Source: a virus
Strand: one strand, 5' to 3'
Length of the DNA: 64,000 bases
Virus record (IMG/VR): IMGVR_UViG_3300028376_000003
Span: 64,001-128,000 of that record
Position 1 is the first letter of the stretch. The number at the start of each line of letters is the position of its first letter. A model generated the notes under the pieces. It did not search any database. It was not told where the DNA came from and was given only the letters and a program-made list of their open reading frames with translations. The position numbers and the translations under genes were made by a program. Positions 10,102 to 21,874 of the stretch are shown in pieces.

Positions 10102-10767
10102 CTATATTTTTTTAAATCTAATATTAAAATAATATTCAAAACTATATTTATCACTGTCCAATTGATTGAATGTTATCTTTAGTTCATTGCCAATCCCATT
10201 AAGGTTACTCTCAAATTTATTATACACATCTTTTACATTTGGGTTCCATGTGTTGTTTAATTTTAAACTAATACTATTATCTATCCTTCTGTGTCTTAAA
10301 AACAAATCTATTCTATCAAACTTATATCTATCTAGTACATTTGAGATAATATATGCATTAATACTATCATCAACACTGTCAAAGATAGTTCTGTTATTCT
10401 TAATACCTTCAAATGTTCTATACTTTTTTAAATTAGCGTATAAAAAATTCATAAGTATTTTCTCAATTTTTATATCTATAAACCATTTTGAATCACTTCT
10501 AGATTTGGATTTGTCCATATAAATACTATGGTTAAGTAATTTATCATCAGATGGTGAAAAAAACAAGGCTTGTGTTGATGACTCTATCGATAAGTTTAAT
10601 TGCTCTCCAATACTATTTTCGTACCAGATTATGTCATCTTCCCCAACCAATATATTGTCTTCTATCTCTAGCATTTTAGAACCGAAAAATGTACTATCTT
10701 CGTCCATATTATAAGATCCATTTATATGATTATTGTGAAATTCTGGTGTTATGTAACTTCTTCTCAT
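10102..10767 (-). CDS. Hypothetical, probable virion structural protein
   Basis: 221 aa; overlaps the 1339 aa gene in a putative late operon. Confidence 0.6.
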   Translation of the reverse strand: MRRSYITPEFHNNHINGSYNMDEDSTFFGSKMLEIEDNILVGEDDIIWYENSIGEQLNLSIESSTQALFFSPSDDKLLNHSIYMDKSKSRSDSKWFIDIKIEKILMNFLYANLKKYRTFEGIKNNRTIFDSVDDSINAYIISNVLDRYKFDRIDLFLRHRRIDNSISLKLNNTWNPNVKDVYNKFESNLNGIGNELKITFNQLDSDKYSFEYYFNIRFKKI

Positions 10768-13700
10768 TATAATCTATATTTTTTTTCATTTTCTATCTTA
10801 ACACCCAAAGGTTGTCCTATATTTTGAACAGATATATCTTTTCTTCTATCTATCTTAAGCCTATCCACGTTACTAACACTTTCTATATGAAACTCTTTGT
10901 CCCATGTTGATTTAAAAATATTAAAATCTTTAAATGCATAACCATATTCATCAATCATAGGATAAATAGACTCATTATCCTTAGAGTCTCTTAATTTCAA
11001 AACAGATCCACCTCTGTTTACTTTTCTAAACTTTCTTTCTCTCATATATCCAAAATTTGTTAATGTAGTATCAAATTTGTAATTACCACCATTAAATCTT
11101 ATATTAGACTTATCGAATAAGTCTATGTCGTAAAATATAGGCATATAATAACCACTGTACCTATATATAGTATTATTCTGTATATTACTCAATCCGTTGT
11201 AATTTTTATAAACTTTTGATTCTGTTTCATTATTGGTTATGCTATATGCAAGAGGTGTCCCATTGTACCAATTTATCATGTCTACACTTCTTATACTACC
11301 ACCTTCAAGTGCTAGTCTTACTTTTATATTTGGATAGCTAAGTGGTTTATTTATTAATGAATCCGTTTTTATTTGTAACTCATCTGGTAGTTCACAAGTT
11401 AATAAATATGGTAGTCTAGTAATATTGTTATCAAAATCATAATCTCTAACAGTTCCTTGTTCATCTATAACAGTATACCTTAAATAATTAATAAATCCAT
11501 TTTTATCTGATATATTATTTATAGAATTTGATAAATTATTAGCAGTCAATACATTATATAAGTCTTTATAAATATCGTCTCTGTTAACATTGTTTATGTC
11601 TGTCAAAGTTGCATCATTTATATAAATATTTACTAATATATTTTTCCATTTTTTGTTTATGTAAACATTTATACCATTTGATAATAAGTCACTTGAATTC
11701 ACACCATTATCAGACTTAATTTTATAATAGTTATCATTTAATAAGAAAATATCATAGTTATCATCCATGTTGTTAGAAGAATCAAACGTATATAACTCTA
11801 ACCATAATATAGAAACACCAGGCTCATCACCTATGTCTGTTGTTTCGTCTTCTGATGAAATATACAACTTGTTATTATGTACAACTATGCTATTTATATC
11901 ATAAGGAAGGCTTGTGTTCCATAGTTCTGCTTGCTTCCATTTTACTGCACTATCAGAAGATAAATTAATCACCTCCCAATACTTTTTATTATCTGGTCTA
12001 TATTTATTTTCTTTTATTTTGGATCTATAGTATTTGCCTTTGAAAATAACTATGGTAGACAAATCATAACCATTCCCAGTACCTTGTGCACCAAATACAA
12101 CTCCTGGTTTCCCTAGGGGATTCCAAAAATCAACCAATGTTGAGTTAACATTAAATGTATAATAGAACCTATCTGAATTATAAACAATGTTAAGATTATT
12201 TCTTGTAACAAGTAATGGTTCAGAAATAATACTACCAAGAAATGGGGATCCATTTATAGCACCAATAGAAGACGAAGAACCACCAGGAGTATCAAATATT
12301 GGAGTATTAAGTGGTGTAAACCCACCAAATCCATATACTGGATTCCAAAATATCGTATTATCTTCAAGTGCTTCCCAGTCTGATAAATTATTATAAGGTG
12401 CAGACCTTGTACCATTCTCTAGTAAAGGATTTATTATTATGTTGTCTCTTAGTGCCTTATAAACGATATCATCGAATAAGACTATATTTCCTTCTTTATA
12501 CTCTTTATCCATTTCCCAATTTGTTATGATATCCCATACTTGACTACTATTGCCATTTGATAATAGTATAGAAAACTTATAATCTTCAAAAGAGTTTGAG
12601 TTTGTGGTATTTATAGTTTTTATTTGCTCTTGTCCATTTCTAATAACACTATCAACATCATACATTCTAAATTCCAAACCTCTGAATACTGTGGAGTTAG
12701 GTATAACATCATCACCTGCATTCATGTGGGAGTATTTTCTGACATTCCTAACTATATTTTTATTATCAAAAAACTGTTTTCTTTCAAATATATCACTGAA
12801 GTAATCTATGTCTGGATTTAAATATGTTGAACTTATAAATCGAAATTCTTTCTCAATATTATTGTTAGAGTTGAATCCTTCCACATGCAAGCTATGGTGT
12901 GTGTACATATTACTGTTAGAGTTTATTGTGTAAAAATAATCTAAGTTTCTATTTTCTCTACTTTGATTCTTCATAAATGGATTAGCCGTCCTATTATGGT
13001 CTTCAAATAGTAGAGAGTTATTTAATAAATAAGGTCTATCGTTTGCACCTATTGAATTTTGATATCCCCATCTACAATACACAGGATTAATTCTCCATAT
13101 ATCAGAAAGTTCATTATTAGTAACTTTGAAAGTTTCATAATTGGCTGTGTATTCAGAAGAAACTGGTATACTTTCTACATTATTCTTATATATAAACTCT
13201 TCATTATTTTTGGGATTATTAAGACTCAATGGATCTTCGAAATACATCTTACTTTCTTCTGTTCTAGTTATCTCATCTCTAAGTTCATATTCGTACTTGG
13301 AATAGTCAGTATCTACAATATTAGTATCGAAGTCTTTAATATCAGTAAAGTTAAGTTTGAATATACCAAAACTAAGTGGTGGTTTGTCAAATGTAACATC
13401 GGTATTCAGTCTCTTTGTCTCACCACGTACTTTATAATCAAAGAAATTATCATTTATCTCAAATGAATAGTCTGTATTTATCTTGAGAACAGAACTTGTT
13501 TTTATAATGTTATGATATACTTCCCCAATCTTTATAACCCAAACATCTGAACTATCAAAGTTATCAATAACAAATTCTTCATTATTATATGATAATATTT
13601 TATTATCTTTATCTATTATCCCATAGTTTTTATTTATACTATCTTCTTTACCACTTAAGTCAATGTCAGATACTATTTTATAATTATAAATTATTTTATC

Positions 13701-14786
13701 TTGATAAAGTTCATCCACGAATCCAACAGCTTGCACTTGTCTTATTTCATCATCTTGTTGTATTGTATACTTAGATATCAAATAATAATCACCACCATAC
13801 TCAACATAGAAAGGTGTTTCTTCAGACCAATTTTCTATAAATGGATTTTCTGGATTAGAAGCAGAAAATAATATATTCCCCTCTTTTATTATAACATCCT
13901 CCCTAATAATAGGCGTTGAGTAAGGTGATAAGCTAGAGGCTCTATCCATAGAGTCTAAATAAAATCCATAATAAGTGTTTAATGACCATTTTCTTTTAAT
14001 CGTAGAAGTTGATGGTGTGTCATCAAACAAAAAAGACATGTTTAATATATTTGGAAAAACCACACCATTGTCTTTGTAGCTATCATAAATATATTTTTCT
14101 AACTCATATATCTCCTTTTCTTCCTCAAAATAATCCCCCATAAATTTAGATTTAGAAACATATCCACCTCTTTTATAATCTATACCATTCCATTTGCTAA
14201 ACTCAGTATTTCTAAAGTCTATTTCTAATGGTGATTTTGGAAAATATTCGTTCTCAACAAAATTTTTATTCATCCATTTGCCCAATGGTGTTTCTGAGGA
14301 GAAATCATACACCTTAACTGCTTTTAATTTGTTTATGATTTCTCCTTTAAAGTTATCTTTTGCTAATATTTTCACACCAGGATTATCACATCTGAATATT
14401 ATAAAGTTAGATGGTAAACTTCTTGGATTTATATAAAGTGGTGCAAAGTATTCATACTCTTCTGAATAATTTTTATTATTTATTATATTTCTAGCACCAT
14501 AATTATAAATACTATCATATTGTGTATTTAACTCACTTGACATAGCATCAGAGTCATCTCTGTACTTAACATCAAAGGCTATTTCACTTGGTGTGTCCTT
14601 GAAGTATAATGGTAAAACTTCATCATATAAAGAATCTTCTTTTAGTTTAAAATATTTGTACCTCCCTGATGATAAAGTATCATTACTATCAATACTATCA
14701 ATACTGATACCATATTCGTTATTCACCATTATTTTAGAATTGGTAGTTAATCCAACATTTGTTCTTAGTATTGAAAAGCTTTTCAT
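10767..14786 (-). CDS. Large probable virion/baseplate protein with CBM5/12-like carbohydrate-binding repeats
   Basis: 1339 aa; WEMDKEYKEGNIVLFDDIVYKA and WNTSLPYDINSIVVHNNKLY repeats. Confidence 0.6.
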   Translation of the reverse strand: MKSFSILRTNVGLTTNSKIMVNNEYGISIDSIDSNDTLSSGRYKYFKLKEDSLYDEVLPLYFKDTPSEIAFDVKYRDDSDAMSSELNTQYDSIYNYGARNIINNKNYSEEYEYFAPLYINPRSLPSNFIIFRCDNPGVKILAKDNFKGEIINKLKAVKVYDFSSETPLGKWMNKNFVENEYFPKSPLEIDFRNTEFSKWNGIDYKRGGYVSKSKFMGDYFEEEKEIYELEKYIYDSYKDNGVVFPNILNMSFLFDDTPSTSTIKRKWSLNTYYGFYLDSMDRASSLSPYSTPIIREDVIIKEGNILFSASNPENPFIENWSEETPFYVEYGGDYYLISKYTIQQDDEIRQVQAVGFVDELYQDKIIYNYKIVSDIDLSGKEDSINKNYGIIDKDNKILSYNNEEFVIDNFDSSDVWVIKIGEVYHNIIKTSSVLKINTDYSFEINDNFFDYKVRGETKRLNTDVTFDKPPLSFGIFKLNFTDIKDFDTNIVDTDYSKYEYELRDEITRTEESKMYFEDPLSLNNPKNNEEFIYKNNVESIPVSSEYTANYETFKVTNNELSDIWRINPVYCRWGYQNSIGANDRPYLLNNSLLFEDHNRTANPFMKNQSRENRNLDYFYTINSNSNMYTHHSLHVEGFNSNNNIEKEFRFISSTYLNPDIDYFSDIFERKQFFDNKNIVRNVRKYSHMNAGDDVIPNSTVFRGLEFRMYDVDSVIRNGQEQIKTINTTNSNSFEDYKFSILLSNGNSSQVWDIITNWEMDKEYKEGNIVLFDDIVYKALRDNIIINPLLENGTRSAPYNNLSDWEALEDNTIFWNPVYGFGGFTPLNTPIFDTPGGSSSSIGAINGSPFLGSIISEPLLVTRNNLNIVYNSDRFYYTFNVNSTLVDFWNPLGKPGVVFGAQGTGNGYDLSTIVIFKGKYYRSKIKENKYRPDNKKYWEVINLSSDSAVKWKQAELWNTSLPYDINSIVVHNNKLYISSEDETTDIGDEPGVSILWLELYTFDSSNNMDDNYDIFLLNDNYYKIKSDNGVNSSDLLSNGINVYINKKWKNILVNIYINDATLTDINNVNRDDIYKDLYNVLTANNLSNSINNISDKNGFINYLRYTVIDEQGTVRDYDFDNNITRLPYLLTCELPDELQIKTDSLINKPLSYPNIKVRLALEGGSIRSVDMINWYNGTPLAYSITNNETESKVYKNYNGLSNIQNNTIYRYSGYYMPIFYDIDLFDKSNIRFNGGNYKFDTTLTNFGYMRERKFRKVNRGGSVLKLRDSKDNESIYPMIDEYGYAFKDFNIFKSTWDKEFHIESVSNVDRLKIDRRKDISVQNIGQPLGVKIENEKKYRL

Positions 14787-14791
14787 TTAAA

Positions 14792-17700
14792 TTATGTTAT
14801 ATTTGAATTTATTGGTCTTGATGATTTCTTAAATATAAGTTTGTTTCTGTTCATATTAAATTTAAGAGTAAATGCAAAAGGTCTATTTTCTGATTCGTTT
14901 TCAAATAAAAATTTTACCTTTTTAATATGGCTTACTGTATTCTTTGATTTAGTTAAATCAATATATTCAAAGTTCACACCTGATTGGTTGCTATCTAAAG
15001 CATTCATCTTGAAATAAATGTTTAATGGTATAATAATATCATTTTCACCACCTGGTTTTATATTTTTAATCTTCTCAGAATTGTTTTCTTGTATAGATTC
15101 TAAATCTTTTATAACAGGATGTATAGATGTTAATAGCTTATTAGTCGAGTCTACTGATGTTGTTGTATCAATCCACTTATTTTGCTCCATCAAGGAGTTG
15201 TTATTACCATTGAATGATAATATGCTATTACCAGAATAACCTAAATTATATTCAGGTGATGATAATACATTAGTCAAAGAATTTGAATTTGATATCCTAA
15301 AATCATTACCAACATTTTCTGATAATTTAGAATTTGTATTATCTGTTATAGAATCATAATTAACACACCATATAAACTGATTATTTAATTGGCTTCTGCT
15401 CACACCAGTATTATCATTTTTTAACAATTCATCTTGCTCATTTACGAAAAATACTTGAGGTGAGTTATTCCTATAAACATTGGAATTGCTAATATAACTT
15501 TTATCTGACAATAAGCCTAGTGGGGAATCAACAGCCTTGTTTCTTATTCTGACTACGAAATCTTTTATAACATATATGTTATTTTCGTAAACTCTACCAC
15601 TAGATATATTTGTACCACTAAAAGGTTCTAGATAATCTTCACAGTCTATATTGAATGATGTTTCGCTACCATTTGAAACTACAAATTCTTGATTATTTCT
15701 TAGTATAACAGCTTCCAACACACCCCTTGACCTAGATATTCTCTCTTCTAAGCCTTTAATCTTATCTTCTAACGCTTTCAAATATTGAAATAAATCTAAC
15801 GCAACTCCATTATCATCTTTAAATCCCGACAATATCTTATTTGAATCATGGTGATATGTGTTAGAATTAAGAGATACTTGTGTTGATAAGTGATCATCTA
15901 AGCCTCTTGACTCTAGAGTGCTGTCCATTTCTTGTAAAACATCTTCCTTTAAAGCATCTTTAGATATGTTTTCTCTCTCATTTAACTCATTATTTACTTC
16001 ACTAGGAAATTCAAATGAAATAATCTCAGACCATTCAGATTCTATTGGAGATTCTGGGTATCCAACTTCTGATATTGATTTTATTCTAAACTCAACTCTT
16101 TCATTGTTTTGTATAGGTATATCTAGACTATTTATATTTGGTACATCAGGATTAGACAAATCTTCATCTTTCCATAAATATTGACCAGTTTGTGTATCAA
16201 AAATTCTTTCCCTTATATCCGTTTTTGTAGTTTTCCAATTTGAAAAACTAGCTTTTGTACCTTCTATTTTATACTGTTCTATTGGGGTCTCCTCTCCATC
16301 AACACTAACATACCTATACTGTATTCTAAACTGTATAACTTCCTGTGGGAGTGTTCCACGCTTAGATATAGCAGTTGGGAATTCCCAGAATCCTCTTAGT
16401 CTATATTTGGGTTCTGATTTGGTATCCACACTTCTAGAAATATCAATTATCTCTTTTGTGACTGTGTTTAATAACCTACTTCTAGTTTCTTTCTTAGATG
16501 TGAGGTCTTTTAATTCTAAACTAGCTTGTTTCTTTTCTGATTCAGATTTGAATCTAGTTATTTTTATCTTTTTGTTTCTATCAGAAATAGCTTTCTCTAT
16601 TTGTCTGACTTCTGATTTAAGGCTAGATTGATAGTTACTCTTTTGTTTCAATTCAGAGTTATTAGACGTATTTGTCAAGTGCTTATTCACCTGAGCAACT
16701 TTAAAATTGTTTATATCTAATATAGGAGCAACTGGTGTAGCACCTAATTTATTTGGTATTTTCTTAGAAACTAAATCCTGTAAAACCACACCATAGTCAT
16801 TAACATATTCTGTATAAAATTGCTCCATTGTCAAACCATCAGTATCATCATCTGATGACATTCTTAAATCATTAGTAAAAAACCCAGTCCCTTTGCTCCA
16901 TTTTTTAGCAACTAGATTATTATCAGTATTTATTGGTTTTAGAAAAATAACATTCCTTTCATTATATCCTATGCTTACTCTTACAGATTTGTTATATACA
17001 ACTGGTGAATATATTTTAAGTGTTCCTTTGCCAATTGCAATAGGTTCTATACCCTCAACTCTTTCGAATCTAACACGTGGATTAGAATCACTCTTTGATA
17101 TTTCTAAAACTCGATATCTAGTGGATGATTTAGTAGTATTTATAATGACATCATCATCTATAGATAGTTCAAGAACTTCATCATTATTACTCATATCTAT
17201 GTAGTTTAGTGTGTTAAGTACATACCAAAGCTTTCTATTAAGCCTATCTTCATCAGTTTTAAGTACAGTAAACTCACCATCAAAGCGTATAGTATTAGGC
17301 TCTAGTTCAAATTTTTCTTCATCAAATCTAACATTTCTTGGATTAGATACACCTGGTGTGGTTTCTGTCCATTTATTAAACTCAATAATGGTTATATCAG
17401 TCTGTCCCCTAAATGTTTGATTAAAGCTATTTAAAGCAGACTGTCCTTTTGGTGTTAGGACATCGTCATTAGTTCTTTCAAACTCTATAATATACCTTCT
17501 GACTAAGCATTTACTAACATTGTTATCTATTTTAGAAGATAGATCAAATTCCACTTGTAACATAGGATCTATCATTGAATCAAAGAACCAATTAGCCTTT
17601 GTCTTGAAATCAATAACCACACCCAAATCAGATACTGGTATTGGATCTCTGTTTAAATCAACTGTTATTATTTTTTTAAATTTGTTGCTACCACTTTGTT

Positions 17701-17956
17701 GAATCATAGATCCATTAGCATCTATGCTGTATAGTGAATTTATGTTATTATTCAACCTGTCTATCTCACCCTTTAGGGATACAAAAGAAGGCAATGTATA
17801 ATTTCTCAGGACACCCTCTTCGTCAAATATCTGGATATCAACAGATGATGATGTTGTTGTTGTCAACGTGTTTATCTTTGATAAAGTATCTACCAAATTT
17901 TTGTTGAAACTTATAACTTGATCTGCTACTTTTGGAAAGCTACTATTTATAGACAT
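14792..17956 (-). CDS. Large probable virion structural protein with coiled-coil and FN3-like segments
   Basis: 1054 aa; VEFRIKSISEVGYPESPIESEWSE; TTAATATATA motif upstream at 17976-17985. Confidence 0.6.
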   Translation of the reverse strand: MSINSSFPKVADQVISFNKNLVDTLSKINTLTTTTSSSVDIQIFDEEGVLRNYTLPSFVSLKGEIDRLNNNINSLYSIDANGSMIQQSGSNKFKKIITVDLNRDPIPVSDLGVVIDFKTKANWFFDSMIDPMLQVEFDLSSKIDNNVSKCLVRRYIIEFERTNDDVLTPKGQSALNSFNQTFRGQTDITIIEFNKWTETTPGVSNPRNVRFDEEKFELEPNTIRFDGEFTVLKTDEDRLNRKLWYVLNTLNYIDMSNNDEVLELSIDDDVIINTTKSSTRYRVLEISKSDSNPRVRFERVEGIEPIAIGKGTLKIYSPVVYNKSVRVSIGYNERNVIFLKPINTDNNLVAKKWSKGTGFFTNDLRMSSDDDTDGLTMEQFYTEYVNDYGVVLQDLVSKKIPNKLGATPVAPILDINNFKVAQVNKHLTNTSNNSELKQKSNYQSSLKSEVRQIEKAISDRNKKIKITRFKSESEKKQASLELKDLTSKKETRSRLLNTVTKEIIDISRSVDTKSEPKYRLRGFWEFPTAISKRGTLPQEVIQFRIQYRYVSVDGEETPIEQYKIEGTKASFSNWKTTKTDIRERIFDTQTGQYLWKDEDLSNPDVPNINSLDIPIQNNERVEFRIKSISEVGYPESPIESEWSEIISFEFPSEVNNELNERENISKDALKEDVLQEMDSTLESRGLDDHLSTQVSLNSNTYHHDSNKILSGFKDDNGVALDLFQYLKALEDKIKGLEERISRSRGVLEAVILRNNQEFVVSNGSETSFNIDCEDYLEPFSGTNISSGRVYENNIYVIKDFVVRIRNKAVDSPLGLLSDKSYISNSNVYRNNSPQVFFVNEQDELLKNDNTGVSRSQLNNQFIWCVNYDSITDNTNSKLSENVGNDFRISNSNSLTNVLSSPEYNLGYSGNSILSFNGNNNSLMEQNKWIDTTTSVDSTNKLLTSIHPVIKDLESIQENNSEKIKNIKPGGENDIIIPLNIYFKMNALDSNQSGVNFEYIDLTKSKNTVSHIKKVKFLFENESENRPFAFTLKFNMNRNKLIFKKSSRPINSNIT

Positions 17957-18104
17957 ATTATAATTATATTTTATTTATATATTAAAACTATTCCATTTCA
18001 TATAATTAATGCAATGACAAAAACCTTATTAATATTTAAATATTTATATAATTCTTGTTATTGTATTAATTATTTTGCTTATATTTGTTCAAAATAAAAA
18101 AAAT

Positions 18105-19943
18105 ATGATTAGTAATCTTAAAAAAAGAATTGTAGAAGCCAATGATGCTTATCGATTAGGTGTTCCTATTATGTCGGATAAAGTATATGATGGTTTAGTT
18201 GATGAATTAAGTAAACTATCACCAAGTGATGAATTACTTACAAAGATAGGACACGCAACAGAAGATGAAAGTCGAAAGCAAAAACTTCCTATTGTAATGG
18301 CATCTATGAATAAGATAAAAACAATAGAAGATATTGACGATTGGTCTAGACTTAGGGATGTCCCCAAATCTACATTGGTTATACTAACCCCTAAATATGA
18401 TGGTCTAGCACTTTGTGTTGACGAGAGTAATGGGGATGCATACACAAGAGGGGATGGTATTGTTGGTCAAAAGTCAAACGAACACTATGACCTCATAGGA
18501 AATAAGCTTATATCTAATGAAAGTTTATTTCAATATACTTATGGTGAGGTGATGATAGCCAAAAGAGTATTCACTGATAAGTACTCGACACAGTTTGCAA
18601 ATCCACGAAATCTAGTTGCTGGATTATTAAATTCTAAAACACCTACTGATAAATTAAAAGATTGTAAATATATAAAGTATGGGATATCTAATGAATTTAG
18701 ACCACACTTTCAAAGTAAAAAGCAAGTTATAGAATTCTTAAATAAAAACCAAGAATCAAAAGTTAAATATAAAATATGTAGGATATCCGACATAACAGAG
18801 GATTTAATGATTGAGTTATTCAAAGAATGGTCTGAAGAATTTGAAATTGATGGTATTATAATAGAGGTAAATGATTTGAACCACCAAAGAGTTTTGGGTA
18901 GAGAGACTTCTTCTAAAAATCCAGTCTTTGCTAGAGCATTTAAGCATAATAGTTTTGAACAGACTGCCACAACACAAGTATTAGACATGACTTGGAATGT
19001 TTCAAAACATGGCTTAGTAAAACCTATTGTAAATATAAACCCTGTTCAACTTGATGGTGTTAAAGTATCTAATGTAACTGGTAATAATGCAAGATTTGTA
19101 AAGGAAATGGGTATAGGCATAGGTGCAGTTATAACCATTAAAAGAAGTGGTATGGTTATACCTCTTATAGTTGATGTATTAGAAAGAGTTGATTTTGAAA
19201 TACCTCTAATAGAAGGCAGCGAACTTGAATGGGATGAAAACGGGATAGAACTTATTACGAAGACTGAAACTGATGAGCAAAAAATTAAAAAAATTATAGC
19301 ATTTTTTGAAATACTAGGTACTGATAATGTATCTGATGGTACTATTAGACAACTATGGGATGCTAATTATAGAAGTATTAAAGATGTTCTAAGCCTATCA
19401 ATAGATGATTTATTACAAATTGATAGATTTGGCAAGAAAAAAGCTGAAAAAGTATATAATTCTTTTAAAAAATCAGTTACTGATGTTAGGCTTAGCAAAT
19501 TGCAACATGCCACTGGTATATTCAAAGGCTTAGGGTCTAAGAAGCTAGCACTTCTAGAACATTTTAAACATAGACCAAGTGTTGAAGAAGTTAAAGCATT
19601 AGAAGGCTTTGCAGACACTAGTGCTAATGTATATGTAGATTCGTTTGATGTGTTTTTTGAATTTATTAAAGACCTACCAGTAACTATAAGTTATGAAGAT
19701 AAGAATATTGAATCTGAAAATCTTAAAGGAAAGTCATTTGTTTTTACTGGTGTAAGAAGAAAAGATTTAAATGAAATAATCGAATCTAATGGTGGTAAGG
19801 TAAGCACATCTGTCTCTAAGAACACTACATACTTAGTAGTGAAGGAATTAGGAAGCGGTTCTTCAAAGGAGGTGAAGGCTACTAGTTTAGGAATAGAGAT
19901 TTTGAGTGTAGAGGGATTGGAAAAAATCTTAAACGAAATATAA
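18105..19943 (+). CDS. ligA: NAD-dependent DNA ligase
   Basis: KYDG adenylation motif, YTRGDG, NPRN, EIDGII, OB fold, HhH, C-terminal BRCT (GKSFVFTG...SVSKNT); ATG at 18105 after promoter. Confidence 0.95.
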   Translation: MISNLKKRIVEANDAYRLGVPIMSDKVYDGLVDELSKLSPSDELLTKIGHATEDESRKQKLPIVMASMNKIKTIEDIDDWSRLRDVPKSTLVILTPKYDGLALCVDESNGDAYTRGDGIVGQKSNEHYDLIGNKLISNESLFQYTYGEVMIAKRVFTDKYSTQFANPRNLVAGLLNSKTPTDKLKDCKYIKYGISNEFRPHFQSKKQVIEFLNKNQESKVKYKICRISDITEDLMIELFKEWSEEFEIDGIIIEVNDLNHQRVLGRETSSKNPVFARAFKHNSFEQTATTQVLDMTWNVSKHGLVKPIVNINPVQLDGVKVSNVTGNNARFVKEMGIGIGAVITIKRSGMVIPLIVDVLERVDFEIPLIEGSELEWDENGIELITKTETDEQKIKKIIAFFEILGTDNVSDGTIRQLWDANYRSIKDVLSLSIDDLLQIDRFGKKKAEKVYNSFKKSVTDVRLSKLQHATGIFKGLGSKKLALLEHFKHRPSVEEVKALEGFADTSANVYVDSFDVFFEFIKDLPVTISYEDKNIESENLKGKSFVFTGVRRKDLNEIIESNGGKVSTSVSKNTTYLVVKELGSGSSKEVKATSLGIEILSVEGLEKILNEI

Positions 19944-19944
19944 T

Positions 19945-20358
19945 ATGGACATGATATCATTATTAATTGGGATAGGGATAGGGATGGGGATAATTTTTTT
20001 ATATAATTATGTTATGTCTTTTTTAAAAAAAAAGAAACTAGATCCTTATATTAACTCAAGACGTGGCATATATCAAAAAGAATTTACAATGGTTTATAGT
20101 CCTAATGATGAATATCATTTTGGTGTTGTTTTTGAAATAACAGAACTTAAGGTTGTTAAAAATAATTCAGGTACTATGATTTCTAAAATAAGAGTTGATG
20201 ATATTAATATTAACAATAGTAGAGCATCATCAAAGGAAAATATTTCTAAAATAATGGAAATGATAGATGGTTCTTGGGTAGAATCGGATGCTATAATATT
20301 TTTGGATGATGATATAAGGTTTCAACGAAGTGAAAAGCTAAAAACTGTATTAAAATAA
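19945..20358 (+). CDS. Hypothetical protein with N-terminal membrane anchor
   Basis: Hydrophobic N-terminus; ends QRSEKLKTVLK. Confidence 0.7.
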   Translation: MDMISLLIGIGIGMGIIFLYNYVMSFLKKKKLDPYINSRRGIYQKEFTMVYSPNDEYHFGVVFEITELKVVKNNSGTMISKIRVDDININNSRASSKENISKIMEMIDGSWVESDAIIFLDDDIRFQRSEKLKTVLK

Positions 20359-20436
20359 TACTTAATATATACACAACTTATTACAAATATAATATATAAC
20401 TATTAGTGTTTAATAACTAAAAATAAAAGGCAATAA

Positions 20437-21042
20437 ATGGAAATAAAACAAGAAAGCTATTTCTCGGAAAAAGAGAAATTATTTAAAGAAAGAACTGGTA
20501 AAGATTTTACATTTCTATATAAAAAGTATTATCCTAAACTAATATACTTCACATCTAAGATATGTAATGATAGAAAAAAGGCAGAGGATATATCTACTGA
20601 CTCTTTCATAGTAGCATTTAATAAAATAGAACTTTATGATAAATCAAAGGCACAATTTTCTACATGGTTATTTACAATAGCTAAAAATTTATCTTATCAA
20701 GATGTGAAAAAAAGCAAAAAGTCTATATCACTCGATGTTGAATATGACAATGATGGTACAACAATGAAAAGCTTCATATCAAATGATGAAGATGAAGATG
20801 AGTCTAAGTATATTGTTATTAATAAAAAGGCTAAGTTAATGAAAGATTCGATATATAAGTTAAAAGAGCCTTATAGAACAGTTATTGAAATGAGAGAGAT
20901 TAGAAAGATGTCTTATAAAGACATCTCTAGTGATCTTGGTAAAAACTTGTCCACTATAAAATCACAGATTAGAAATGGTCGTATGCTTTTAATTGACATA
21001 TGTGAAAACAATTTCGATAAAATAGATAAAATGTATTCTTAA
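20437..21042 (+). CDS. ECF-type RNA polymerase sigma factor
   Basis: Region 2 AEDISTDSFIVAFNKIELYD...FSTWLFTIAKN; region 4 MSYKDIS...TIKSQIRNGR. Confidence 0.9.
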   Translation: MEIKQESYFSEKEKLFKERTGKDFTFLYKKYYPKLIYFTSKICNDRKKAEDISTDSFIVAFNKIELYDKSKAQFSTWLFTIAKNLSYQDVKKSKKSISLDVEYDNDGTTMKSFISNDEDEDESKYIVINKKAKLMKDSIYKLKEPYRTVIEMREIRKMSYKDISSDLGKNLSTIKSQIRNGRMLLIDICENNFDKIDKMYS

Positions 21043-21055
21043 AAATAAATGAATT

Positions 21056-21376
21056 ATGGTAGCTTATATTACAGATTTAAAAGATAATACTTTTGATAAT
21101 TTTGTCAAGAAAGGGATAGTATTAATAGATTTATATGCTGATTGGTGTGCACCTTGCAAATCTTTATCACCAATAATAGATGAAATTTCTAGCGAATACC
21201 TCAACAAAATTAGAGTTGGTAAGCTAAATGTTGATAATAATAGCAAGATACCAGCACTATTAGGTATAAGGAGTATTCCTACTATACTAGTATACAAAGA
21301 TGGTGAAATAGTATCAAGAACATCAGCCGTGTTGTCTAAGAAAGATATAATCACCGAACTAGATAAGCACATATAA
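21056..21376 (+). CDS. trxA: Thioredoxin
   Basis: WCAPC active site, GIRSIPT. Confidence 0.92.
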   Translation: MVAYITDLKDNTFDNFVKKGIVLIDLYADWCAPCKSLSPIIDEISSEYLNKIRVGKLNVDNNSKIPALLGIRSIPTILVYKDGEIVSRTSAVLSKKDIITELDKHI

Positions 21377-21384
21377 ATTAAGAT

Positions 21385-21873
21385 ATGAGAGATTCAATAT
21401 CAATAGAGGAAACTACTCGTTTTATGCGTATGTCGAAAATATCCTTTATAGAGTATGATACTCATAGCATAGATGTGTTCAAATATTTAACCACAAAAGA
21501 AACACACATCAAATACATTAATGAGTTCACTAAATATGGTATTAAATCATCAATCCGCAATCTTAGAATAAAAGAGTTATTAGGTAGTGAGAACATAAAT
21601 AATAGTAAAATACCCAGAGAGAAAGATGTAGACACCTTTGTAATTCATATAAATGAAATTCATGGATATTCATATTCTTCATTTGTTAAGAGAGGCAAGG
21701 ATTTGTTAGATATATTAAGGTATGTTAGAACAAGCAAATACAACTTAATATTCACAGTTCCTTTAAATAATAATAATATCACAAGTATAGATAGAAAAAT
21801 CTTATATAGTTCTAGTTTTGGATGTAATATAGAAAATAATATAATAACTAGTGTAAAAAATAGATACGTCTAA
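21385..21873 (+). CDS. Hypothetical protein
   Basis: 162 aa ORF in operon. Confidence 0.65.
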   Translation: MRDSISIEETTRFMRMSKISFIEYDTHSIDVFKYLTTKETHIKYINEFTKYGIKSSIRNLRIKELLGSENINNSKIPREKDVDTFVIHINEIHGYSYSSFVKRGKDLLDILRYVRTSKYNLIFTVPLNNNNITSIDRKILYSSSFGCNIENNIITSVKNRYV

Positions 21874-21874
21874 A